The notes under the pieces were generated by a model. That model saw only the letters and a program-made list of their open reading frames with translations, was not told where the DNA came from and ran no database searches. From Patescibacteria group bacterium (lineage in GTDB: Bacteria > Patescibacteriota > Patescibacteriia > Buchananbacterales > UBA6539), in contig JBAZSB010000001.1 in assembly GCA_041662625.1 (NCBI GenBank), positions 535,189 to 599,188 on the forward strand: DNA of 64,000 bases. Direction: 5' to 3'. Below are positions 18,817-28,019 of this stretch, in pieces (the first letter of the stretch is position 1; each line of letters opens with the position of its first letter). Both the position numbers and the translations under genes were made by a program.

Positions 18817-18885
18817 CCCCCACACCTATTTCACTAAAAAATTTTAGTAAACAGATAATGGCTTTAAAATAGGTGTAGGGGTAAA
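18817..18885. repeat. CCCC..GGGG-TAAA hairpin element just after the Leu attenuator
   Basis: cccccacacctattt/aaataggtgtagggg (1 mismatch) + taaa. Confidence 0.65.
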
Positions 18886-18977
18886 CAAAACAACCTTCCG
18901 GGTGGAAGGCTGACTGGTATTTATCTAGCTACGATTTTTAGCTAAACACTAGTAAATCTTCCACCCAAAGGCTGGCT
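18883..18977 (-). promoter_or_regulatory. Transcription attenuator of the Leu module
   Basis: 2:3 GGGTGGAAG/CTTCCACCC; 3:4 CAGCCTTCC/GGAAGGTTG + TTTTGTTT. Confidence 0.82.
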
Positions 18978-19028
18978 TAACAACAAGGCTAACAACAGTA
19001 AGCTAGATTGTTTGGCGAAAGATTTCAT
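18942..19028 (-). CDS. Leu leader peptide MKSFAKQSSLLLLALLLSQPLGGRFTSV
   Basis: 7 Leu in 8 codons; promoter TTGACA-N17-TAACCT at 19068-19040. Confidence 0.85.
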   Translation of the reverse strand: MKSFAKQSSLLLLALLLSQPLGGRFTSV

Positions 19029-19073
19029 AGGATATTATTAGGTTAGCGCAAGTCCAAAAAAATGTCAAGAAAT

Positions 19074-19117
19074 AAAAAAAGGCCCGTAGTGACAGAGCCA
19101 AGCCATGTCACTACGGG
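19074..19117 (-). terminator. Terminator of the Val module
   Basis: 12-bp IR cccgtagtgaca/tgtcactacggg + T-run. Confidence 0.75.
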
Positions 19118-19163
19118 ACGAAGAAAACGATGGGTCGATAAAACCCTGAAGCAGTGCTTAGAT

Positions 19164-19493
19164 CTAGACCTGTGCGCCAAGCTCCCGCAGTTGAGCCAAA
19201 AGCTCCGGAGCGACAGCAACGCCATGCCGCTGACTCAGGAATTCAACAGTTGACGGAACGCAGACATAGCATAATTGAGCCTTTCTGTCTCTCCAGTGCC
19301 CTGGCTTACCGTTGCTGGGTTCAGGTCCTGGCAAATTCAGCTTAGTGTTGAGCACCTTAAGCTCCTGAAGATTCCCCCTTAGTCTCCGAAGGAGATCAGA
19401 AGGATCATCCAGCCTTTCACACTTGGTCCGCCGCGGGACCCTATCTACACCAACACCATCAACATCCTGTTCAATTCCAGCACAGTCTACCAT
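19164..19493 (-). CDS. Hypothetical protein (Val-module payload 2)
   Basis: SD GAAGGAGAAGGA; no family recognised. Confidence 0.65.
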   Translation of the reverse strand: MVDCAGIEQDVDGVGVDRVPRRTKCERLDDPSDLLRRLRGNLQELKVLNTKLNLPGPEPSNGKPGHWRDRKAQLCYVCVPSTVEFLSQRHGVAVAPELLAQLRELGAQV

Positions 19494-19527
19494 GGTTCCT
19501 TCTCCTTCATGTTATCGATTCATTCAA

Positions 19528-19812
19528 TCAACACAAGCCACAAGTAGCATATACCGCTTCTTTGGTGATCATCCCAGAACCAGTTGCGTTGCCGCGAAAG
19601 ACTTTCACCCTACCATTAGTCCGGACGGCAAAACAATGATAAGCGCAGGCAACACCGGAGTAATGAAACTCCACTATTCGCGGATCACACTGACCACCGA
19701 TCACTAGTTGACCAGCCTCGTTGACAGAAATTCTGACCCTTCTGTCGTAGGTGACACTTTGACCGGGTTTGAGATCAAAAGTCGCATCCGGCATCAAATC
19801 ATCATCTTCCAT
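19528..19812 (-). CDS. Hypothetical Cys-containing protein (Val-module payload 1)
   Basis: SD AGAGGAG; no family recognised. Confidence 0.65.
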   Translation of the reverse strand: MEDDDLMPDATFDLKPGQSVTYDRRVRISVNEAGQLVIGGQCDPRIVEFHYSGVACAYHCFAVRTNGRVKVFRGNATGSGMITKEAVYATCGLC

Positions 19813-19932
19813 AGCCCTAACTCCTCTAAGTCTTATCGACTTGTTTGCAAAGAACAGATACGAATCTGCCCTCCTCTCCCTAAACTCGGTTTATTTCCTA
19901 CCCTCTGATCAGCAACATAAACAAAGGGTAAT

Positions 19933-20016
19933 AAACAAAAAACTAGTCCTTTGACAGACTAGGTGGTTCCAGTTCTAATTTTGGAAATCCAAACTACCCA
20001 GTCTGCGAGACTAGTA
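19933..20016 (-). promoter_or_regulatory. Transcription attenuator of the Val module
   Basis: 1:2 CTAGTCT/AGACTGG; 2:3 CAGACTGGGTAG with CCACCTAGTCTG; 3:4 CTAGTC/GACTAG + TTTTTT. Confidence 0.8.
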
Positions 20017-20059
20017 CGACGACGGTCAAAACGACAGTTGTCCGGGCAATAGATTTCAT
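19994..20059 (-). CDS. Val-rich leader peptide MKSIARTTVVLTVVVLVSQTG
   Basis: 6 Val and 2 Leu in 9 codons; promoter TTGACA-N18-TAAACT at 20095-20066. Confidence 0.85.
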   Translation of the reverse strand: MKSIARTTVVLTVVVLVSQTG

Positions 20060-20100
20060 ACGATTAGTTTAGCAAATCAAAAATAATCTTGTCAAATTTT

Positions 20101-20138
20101 AAAAAAAGACCGACCACCCCGTGACAGAGTAATCGGTC
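20101..20138 (-). terminator. Terminator after cimA
   Basis: GACCGA/TCGGTC + T7. Confidence 0.6.
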
Positions 20139-20178
20139 GCATAATACCTGGAGTTTTGCGCTTAGGCGATAGCTTTGA

Positions 20179-21945
20179 CTAACGGCGATGACAGTGCAGA
20201 AAGTACTGATAGCCGGCCGCTAATGCTCGGGCCGAAGCTTCGGTTACTGACTCGGAGACAGCAACTGTTCCCCAAATTTCATCACCATTATTCTTGATGC
20301 GCCAGAACAGTATTACCCGAACCCGGGCAGCTGTTCCGTCATGGTTAATCAACGCTTTCACGTTGTAGTTAACCAATTCAAGGCCTACCAGCTCGGGGAA
20401 AACCGGTTCACGCGACCGGCCACCGCGTTCCTGCAGTGCCTGACGCAGAGCTTTGTCCAAGGCGTTGACCAAGCCATCACCTTTGGCCGTCTTCAGACCG
20501 ATAGTCCGGCCATCAGCCAACTCGACTTGAACCGTTGCCTTGGGACTGCCCAGCATCAAATTCTGAAGCTGCCGATCAAGAGTTTCACCGGGCAAGCCGG
20601 TGTAGGGCGGAATCCTCTCAGTCAACTCGCACATCGTCACAGTGAAAAACGGCTGCAATCGGTCTAGCTGGCGCAAGGCCAAAAGTCGAAAACTACCCTC
20701 AGCCGTTTCAAACAGCCAACCATCCCTTTCCAAGCCGTGAACCTTATCAAGCAGCTCGCCAATTCGCGGATCGCTTGGTGCCAAGTTTCTGATAAACTCA
20801 GCTAATCGAACGCGCATCAAGGTTCGGCCGGCTTGATTGGATAGGCCAAGGCTGGTCTGGTTGCCAACCATTGCCGCCCGGATGTGCTCAACTGAATCAG
20901 GATCTTTCAGCCAAGCGTGACTGTGGGTTCCACCTTCGTGATGGAAGGCATTGGGTCCGGCCACCGGCAGGTTGAACGGAATTTCAATTCCCGCCAGATT
21001 GTAGACGTAGCGGGTCAGAGCCGTCCAAAGGGTAAGTTGCTTGGCGGTTACTACGGCAATGCCCATCTTAAGGACCAGACTGGGGATGATCGTGGTCAGG
21101 TTAGCATTGCCAGTCCGCTCACCGATACCACCAATCGTTCCTTGGACATGATCGCAACCGAGTTCAACTGCCAAAAGCGAATTGGCATCGCCCATGCCGG
21201 AATCATTATGGGTATGAACACCCCATTCGACTCCCTGATCCTTTAACCAAGGCACGACGTCGAGCAGAAAAGCAAGCCATTCTGCCGGCAAGGTCCCGCC
21301 GCGGGTGTCACATAGAACTATCCGGCGAGCCCCACCATTGATTGCAGCTGACAAAGTCTTGAAGAAGTATCTTCGGTCGTCTCGCCAGCCGTCAACCGCA
21401 TGCTCGGCATCATAAATGACGGTTTTGCCAACCGATACCAGCGCCGCTACCGTTTCTTCGATTATCCGCAGATTTTCTGCCAGCCGGATTTCCAAAACCC
21501 TTTGGACGTGAAGCTTCCAGCTCTTGCCGAAAACCACCACGTGACTTACGCCAGTATCCAAGACCGACTTGATCATCGGATTGGTGATAAGAATTCGCTC
21601 ACCAGGTTTGTTCGGCTTGACCGTTCCCATAAAAGCGTAAAAAGTCACGCCAAGCTGATGGTACCGCTTTCTTTGAGCGAGAAGCTGACGAAAGACCTCC
21701 GGGTTGACTTTGTCACTCGGCACTGGCCAGCCAACCTCAATATGGCGCAAGCCGGCTCTAACCGCCTGGCTAATCACACTCATCTTGTCCTCGGCCGTCC
21801 AAGTCAGACTCCGAGTCTGACCACCGTCACGACAAGTAGTGCAGAGCAGATCGACTTTCTTTGGTCGACCAAGCAATTTCAGCAACTTAGGCTCAGTCGC
21901 CAATCTCGCTATTACGTCAGCTAGTGACTTCTGAACTAACTGCAT
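20179..21945 (-). CDS. cimA: Citramalate synthase (DRE-TIM, CimA type); likely start MQLVQKS
   Basis: TCRDGGQ, IEVGWP, FGKSW.LHV, YDAEH..DG, LCDT.GG, HTHNDSG, GIGERTGNAN; SD AAGGAGG; Ile leader upstream. Confidence 0.85.
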   Translation of the reverse strand: MQLVQKSLADVIARLATEPKLLKLLGRPKKVDLLCTTCRDGGQTRSLTWTAEDKMSVISQAVRAGLRHIEVGWPVPSDKVNPEVFRQLLAQRKRYHQLGVTFYAFMGTVKPNKPGERILITNPMIKSVLDTGVSHVVVFGKSWKLHVQRVLEIRLAENLRIIEETVAALVSVGKTVIYDAEHAVDGWRDDRRYFFKTLSAAINGGARRIVLCDTRGGTLPAEWLAFLLDVVPWLKDQGVEWGVHTHNDSGMGDANSLLAVELGCDHVQGTIGGIGERTGNANLTTIIPSLVLKMGIAVVTAKQLTLWTALTRYVYNLAGIEIPFNLPVAGPNAFHHEGGTHSHAWLKDPDSVEHIRAAMVGNQTSLGLSNQAGRTLMRVRLAEFIRNLAPSDPRIGELLDKVHGLERDGWLFETAEGSFRLLALRQLDRLQPFFTVTMCELTERIPPYTGLPGETLDRQLQNLMLGSPKATVQVELADGRTIGLKTAKGDGLVNALDKALRQALQERGGRSREPVFPELVGLELVNYNVKALINHDGTAARVRVILFWRIKNNGDEIWGTVAVSESVTEASARALAAGYQYFLHCHRR

Positions 21946-22045
21946 ATCAGTATCCTCCTTCCGTTTGTCACGAATTATAACTCCAGTTGATGTCAAGGTT
22001 CCAACTCCCTCCATGACTTACAAAGACAATCTAAGTAAGACAATC

Positions 22046-22145
22046 AAAAAAACCTTCCGGGTGGAAAGTCTCTCTGATCGTTTTACTTATTTCTGATTTC
22101 TTATTTCTGATTTCTCATCTTAAGACTTCCACCCAAAGGCTGGCT
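22046..22145 (-). promoter_or_regulatory. Transcription attenuator of the Ile module
   Basis: 2:3 GGGTGGAAGTC with GACTTTCCACCC; 3:4 ACTTTCC/GGAAGGT + T-run. Confidence 0.82.
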
Positions 22146-22190
22146 AATGATGATAATACCGATAATAATGTTTTGCCGCGTAGAAGTCAT
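22101..22190 (-). CDS. Ile leader peptide MTSTRQNIIIGIIIISQPLGGSLKMRNQK
   Basis: 7 Ile in 8 codons; promoter TTGACT-N17-TAAGAT at 22234-22206. Confidence 0.88.
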   Translation of the reverse strand: MTSTRQNIIIGIIIISQPLGGSLKMRNQK

Positions 22191-22262
22191 AATTTTTATA
22201 TCGTTATCTTAAGCTAAACCAAAAGAATAGTCAAGTTTTTAAAATAATCTAGCTAATTTCAG

Positions 22263-22487
22263 CTATTTTGGTAAGTTGCCATCATTATTTAAATTTATTG
22301 GCTGATTTAATGACCGACTGGGTATTACCGCGGCTGAAGCTTGAAAAGCGTAGGCCACCCAGCCCAAAATGAACAAGACTAAAATTATGGACAATATCGA
22401 CAAACCTAAAAATTGACCTGCCTCCCGCAAACTTTGCAGCCTGGATTTTCTGGGATAACGATAGTTTTTACTTAAGTATGGCGACAT
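22263..22487 (-). CDS. Small single-pass membrane protein
   Basis: 74-aa ORF with one hydrophobic segment, directly after the HTH gene. Confidence 0.6.
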   Translation of the reverse strand: MSPYLSKNYRYPRKSRLQSLREAGQFLGLSILSIILVLFILGWVAYAFQASAAVIPSRSLNQPINLNNDGNLPK

Positions 22488-22510
22488 AAATTTAAAAAGA
22501 CCTAATCAGT

Positions 22511-22687
22511 TCACTGCATATGATCATTGATGAACTTAATTAGGTCTTTTTCAAAAACCCGGTAAGTTTTATGGCCTATTTTAGCGGCCCTTAATTTGCG
22601 GGCAGCAACCCAGCGGTAAACCGTTTTTTGGCTTACCTTCATGATCTTAGCGACTTCTTCGAGGGTGAGAATTCCGTAGTTAGACAC
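22511..22687 (-). CDS. Excisionase-family (HTH_17) DNA-binding protein, 58 aa, GTG start (not in ORF track)
   Basis: MSNYGILTLEEVAKIMKVSQKTVYRWVAARKLRAAKIGHKTYRVFEKDLIKFINDHMQ. Confidence 0.85.
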   Translation of the reverse strand: MSNYGILTLEEVAKIMKVSQKTVYRWVAARKLRAAKIGHKTYRVFEKDLIKFINDHMQ

Positions 22688-22864
22688 GCAAATTAGGGTT
22701 AGCGACTAATAGTCGACTTCACCTCTAATTCTACAATTTAATGTCCTCTATTGTCAATCATAAGTAAAACATTGTCCTTTATTGTCCAATACCAATTTAG
22801 TTGAAAAATACAAAAAAATGGCTTTTTAAAGCCATTTTTTTTATATTCTACCTAATAAATACTA

Positions 22865-23461
22865 CTACTCAAACATTACGTCCTCATCAGATCTTTTGTA
22901 GTTATCCACAATGTCCCCTTTCTTAAACCAAAGTTGTTCTTCATATTTGGCTTCCTCGGTATTTCCCGAAGCATGCATGATATTACGGACTGCTCGCTTT
23001 TTAACATTAGCCAGGGCTGGAGAATCAATTGAAAAATCACCGCGGATAGTGCCAGGGGTGGCAAAAACCGGTAAGGTATTGCCGGCCAAGGCCCGGACAT
23101 TATCAATGGCATGAACCCCTTCCAGTAAAATTGCAACCACAGGACCGGAAGTAATAAATTCGATATTCCATTTGTTCACCAACTTACCAATCGCGGCTGG
23201 GTCAAGATCAGCAAATTCTTCATGAGGGTCTCGGCCATATTTTTCGTAAGTTTGTAAAGTCTTTTCACCAATTGCCTTCATCAGTTCAGTCCGATTCTCG
23301 GGGTAATGTTTTTTTGCTAAATCAGCATCAACCCAAACCATTTTCATGGCCTTAATTTTTAAACCCATTTTTTCAAAGCGAGATAGCACTTCACCAACCA
23401 ATCCCCGCTTTACGCCATCGGGTTTGACTAAAACTACAGTTTTTTCTTTTTGTAAGTCCAT
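22865..23461 (-). CDS. ndk: Nucleoside-diphosphate kinase
   Basis: VKPDGVKRGLVG, PGTIRGDF, RNIMHASG. Confidence 0.95.
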   Translation of the reverse strand: MDLQKEKTVVLVKPDGVKRGLVGEVLSRFEKMGLKIKAMKMVWVDADLAKKHYPENRTELMKAIGEKTLQTYEKYGRDPHEEFADLDPAAIGKLVNKWNIEFITSGPVVAILLEGVHAIDNVRALAGNTLPVFATPGTIRGDFSIDSPALANVKKRAVRNIMHASGNTEEAKYEEQLWFKKGDIVDNYKRSDEDVMFE

Positions 23462-23464
23462 ATT

Positions 23465-23506
23465 TTAGGAATTAGGAATTAGGAATTAGGAATTAGGAAT
23501 TAGGAA
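23465..23506. repeat. Perfect heptamer tandem repeat (TTAGGAA)x6
   Basis: Read directly from the sequence. Confidence 0.95.
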
Positions 23507-23529
23507 CTTATTATCCTACTGCCTACTTC

Positions 23530-23913
23530 CTACCCCCTTACTAAATACGCCTTAACTTTTTCCACTACCTGCGTCGGCGTCATCGAAGCTTTGACAATAT
23601 AATCAGCTGCTCCCAACTTTTTGCCTTTACTGACATCATCTTGCTGACCTAAATTCGAAAGCATTAAAACCGGAATATTCTTAGTTTGCGGATCATTTTG
23701 CAATTCAGTCAAAACAGCGAACCCGTCCATTTTTGGCATCATCACATCCAACAGGATAACGACCGGTAATTCTTTTTTCGCTAATTCTAAAGCAGCTAAA
23801 CCGTCTTGGGCAGTGATAACCGTCAATTCCGATTCCTTAAACTTAATGTTATACATCTCTAAGAGTGTATCATCATCCTCAACGATTAAAATTTTAGCAT
23901 CATTATTCACCAT
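23530..23913 (-). CDS. Single-domain response regulator (receiver)
   Basis: ILIVEDD, LLDVMMPKMDG, LSN, DYIVK. Confidence 0.92.
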   Translation of the reverse strand: MVNNDAKILIVEDDDTLLEMYNIKFKESELTVITAQDGLAALELAKKELPVVILLDVMMPKMDGFAVLTELQNDPQTKNIPVLMLSNLGQQDDVSKGKKLGAADYIVKASMTPTQVVEKVKAYLVRG

Positions 23914-23954
23914 ATACAGCCAGCATAACAAAATATTGGCATTTTTTCAAGGGT

Positions 23955-24812
23955 TCATTTAAGCCAAAATTTTTGGCCATCAGAATATACAATAATGTCT
24001 CCTTTGTCTAAAGTGGTAAAGTAAGGGATATTTTGTTCATCTAGTCTGACTAAAACTTCGGGACTGGGATGACCAAATTTGTTCTGCCCCACGGAGATAA
24101 CAGCTAGTTTTGGTTTTACCCCAGCTAAAAAATCATTGCCTGATGAAGCGCTGCTACCATGATGAGCAATTTTTAAAACGTCAGCATCAATGTTTGCCTT
24201 GGCTTTCATTAGTTTGTTTTCAATACCTTCTGGCGCATCGCCAGTCAATAAAACTGAAAAATTGGCATAATTTAATTTGGCTACAACTGAATAATCATTT
24301 GTTTCCTTCAATGTTTTATCGGCGATTGATTCAAAGGGATAAAGAATTTGTAAATCTAAATTCGGTTCGATGCCAATATCCTTTACTCGTCCGGCAATAA
24401 CAATCCTTGGATTTTTATCCTCAATAATTTTTAAAAATTCTTGATAGGGCGGTGAATTATTCATAGTACCAGTCAGCAATATCGCTTTAACCTGATAACG
24501 CCGCAAAACTTCGACTAAGCCAACCAAATGATCAGCATCCGGGTGAGTTAAAATCATCAAATCAATTTGGCGATCATAAAATGGCAAATATTGGCCTAAT
24601 TTATAGACTACAAAATTATCTGGCCCACCATCGATTAAAATATTGTAGCCACTCGGCGTACGAATGAAAATCGCGTCCCCTTGGCCAATATTTAAAACAT
24701 AAAATTTCAGATCCTGCGGCAATAACTCAATATATAAAAAAACTGAAAGTAATATTAAACCAATGGCTAAAGCACCATAAAATTTAAAAATTGTCTTTTC
24801 TATTCTAGTCAT
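23955..24812 (-). CDS. ComEC-associated metallo-beta-lactamase-fold protein
   Basis: GQGDA, THPDADH, TGDA, HHGS, FGHP. Confidence 0.92.
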   Translation of the reverse strand: MTRIEKTIFKFYGALAIGLILLSVFLYIELLPQDLKFYVLNIGQGDAIFIRTPSGYNILIDGGPDNFVVYKLGQYLPFYDRQIDLMILTHPDADHLVGLVEVLRRYQVKAILLTGTMNNSPPYQEFLKIIEDKNPRIVIAGRVKDIGIEPNLDLQILYPFESIADKTLKETNDYSVVAKLNYANFSVLLTGDAPEGIENKLMKAKANIDADVLKIAHHGSSASSGNDFLAGVKPKLAVISVGQNKFGHPSPEVLVRLDEQNIPYFTTLDKGDIIVYSDGQKFWLK

Positions 24813-24821
24813 AAAAAATAT

Positions 24822-26207
24822 TTACAAAGTTATGGCAGCCAAAGGAATAGCAGCAAAAATTTCCACGACTTTGATTAAATAAGTCAAAAGCAACCAAGGC
24901 AGCAAGAACAAATGAAAAGCTAAACCGGGCAAAAAAAGAACCAAAATTAAAACCACACTACCAACTATGGTCAAAATCGAAGCCACCGGCACAACTAATA
25001 AATTAACAAATAGACCCACTAAAGATAAACGGCCGAAATTATAAATAATTAAAGGAGAGGTAATAACTTGGGCGGCTAACGTTGTGGCTAAAGCCGATTT
25101 CAATCCGAAAACTTCGGGTAAATTTTTAAATTTTTCTTCAAAAAACGGCACAAAATAAATCAGGCCCAAAACTGCCAAAAACGACAACTGAAACCCAACA
25201 TCATCCCGCAAAATTCTGGGATTAATCAAAATCATTAAACTCCCAGCAAACAACAAAGCATTGCTGGATTGATTAAGCCGGCCCAAATAGATTGCCAAAA
25301 TTGCCAGCCAGCCCATGATCGCCGCCCGCACTGCTGAAGCCGGCGCTCCGATCAAAACGATGTAAAAAATTAAACAAATTGTGATCAGCCAAAATGCTTT
25401 TTTGCGCGGAATCATCAAAGCTAAAAATAATTCCATTAAAACTGCAGTAATGATTGTGATATTCAGACCAGAAATCGCAATCAGATGTGTCGTTGCTGTG
25501 ATATTAAATTTATCAGTTAAATCTTGGGGTAATCCCCTTCTGGCGCCTAAAATGATGGCGGAAAACAAACTGGCTTGCGGCTCGGGCAAAGTGGAATTAA
25601 TAATTTGCTGCCACCTATTTTTCAATCGATAAATTTTTGTCAAAAGCCAATCGCCTTGGTTATGAGCCAGTAGCTTCACTTTGGGATAGTAACAAAGTGA
25701 ATAAATATTACTGCGGGCCAAATAGCGGTCGTAGGCAAAATCATCAAATGGTTCTGGACTTTTTAATTTACAATTTATCTCAAGTAAATCTCCGTATTGA
25801 TATTCAGGATATAAATTAACACTGACTAAAACTTTTCCAGTAAGCGGCTGATTACTAACCACGGTTAACTTTGTATGATTAACCCTCTTATCAGGTTCGG
25901 CAATGACTGCACCCTGAAAAGTAATTTGCTTCCCGTTATAAAACCAGATTTTTGTTTCATCAGTTATGGGTAAAGAAAGTTGATAACGTAAAATTCCTAA
26001 AGCAATAATTAACCCGCCCAAAAATATCCAGCGCCAAAGTTTATTCTGCCAAAATATAATCGCGGCAATAGTAGAAATCAAGGCTAATAAATAAAGGAAA
26101 AAATAATCAACAAAAATAAATGATGCCAATGCCACACCAATAACAAAATTTAGCAGCAGATAACGAAAAACTTGAGATTTGGTGTATAACTTACTTGACA
26201 AAATCAT
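24822..26207 (-). CDS. comEC: ComEC/Rec2 competence channel
   Basis: HLIAISGLN, SAVRAAIM, DVGFQLSF. Confidence 0.92.
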   Translation of the reverse strand: MILSSKLYTKSQVFRYLLLNFVIGVALASFIFVDYFFLYLLALISTIAAIIFWQNKLWRWIFLGGLIIALGILRYQLSLPITDETKIWFYNGKQITFQGAVIAEPDKRVNHTKLTVVSNQPLTGKVLVSVNLYPEYQYGDLLEINCKLKSPEPFDDFAYDRYLARSNIYSLCYYPKVKLLAHNQGDWLLTKIYRLKNRWQQIINSTLPEPQASLFSAIILGARRGLPQDLTDKFNITATTHLIAISGLNITIITAVLMELFLALMIPRKKAFWLITICLIFYIVLIGAPASAVRAAIMGWLAILAIYLGRLNQSSNALLFAGSLMILINPRILRDDVGFQLSFLAVLGLIYFVPFFEEKFKNLPEVFGLKSALATTLAAQVITSPLIIYNFGRLSLVGLFVNLLVVPVASILTIVGSVVLILVLFLPGLAFHLFLLPWLLLTYLIKVVEIFAAIPLAAITL

Positions 26208-26287
26208 AAAAAAAGAGTATAGTTAAAATAAGAAATCGAAGATTGAAATAGTTGTCAGGTATGTATCTTTGTCGAAAGGAGCTGAAT

Positions 26288-26668
26288 ATGCGTAGCTTGA
26301 CGCTGTTGATCCGAAATGCAGCCCAAGCGGCAGAGATGCAAACACCTTTGAATATCGAAGGTGCCAGAAAAGAATTTGGGGTTCCGGAAGGCCAAGAGGT
26401 ACCGGAGCCTCTGCTTCTCTTGCATTATGCCCAAGGCTGTCATCGCGCCGTCGAAATGAGCGAAGTTCACAGTGAACTGAATCTGTATGGTACCGGCCAA
26501 GAAATTGGCTGCGACCCGACAGGTTTGTCACCAATTGAAATGGAGGAGGCCCTCTGGCGACATTATCAAGAGTACCATCCTGAGGTACCATTTGATCGTT
26601 CGCTGCTGCCAAGGATGGCAGCAATTGTGGAGGAAGCCTTACAGGTCAAGTCCGAGGACTCGCTGTGA
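26288..26668 (+). CDS. Hypothetical protein (GC-richer orphan with SD)
   Basis: SD AAAGGAG before MRSLTLL; promoter TTGACA-N17-TATAGT at 26195-26223. Confidence 0.7.
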   Translation: MRSLTLLIRNAAQAAEMQTPLNIEGARKEFGVPEGQEVPEPLLLLHYAQGCHRAVEMSEVHSELNLYGTGQEIGCDPTGLSPIEMEEALWRHYQEYHPEVPFDRSLLPRMAAIVEEALQVKSEDSL

Positions 26669-26745
26669 TACGAGCCCTCGTTTTCTTCAAACAAAAAAGC
26701 GCCGTTTAGGGCGCTATTTGATTTCTCTTTATATTATCTTGCTAG

Positions 26746-28014
<1,269 letters not shown>

Positions 28015-28019
28015 TTATA

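Noticed and set aside
22498-22710. Structured ncRNA suggested by ccttaatttgcg/cgcaaattaggg pairing
   Set aside because: The region is better explained by a clear HTH_17 coding frame (22511-22687).
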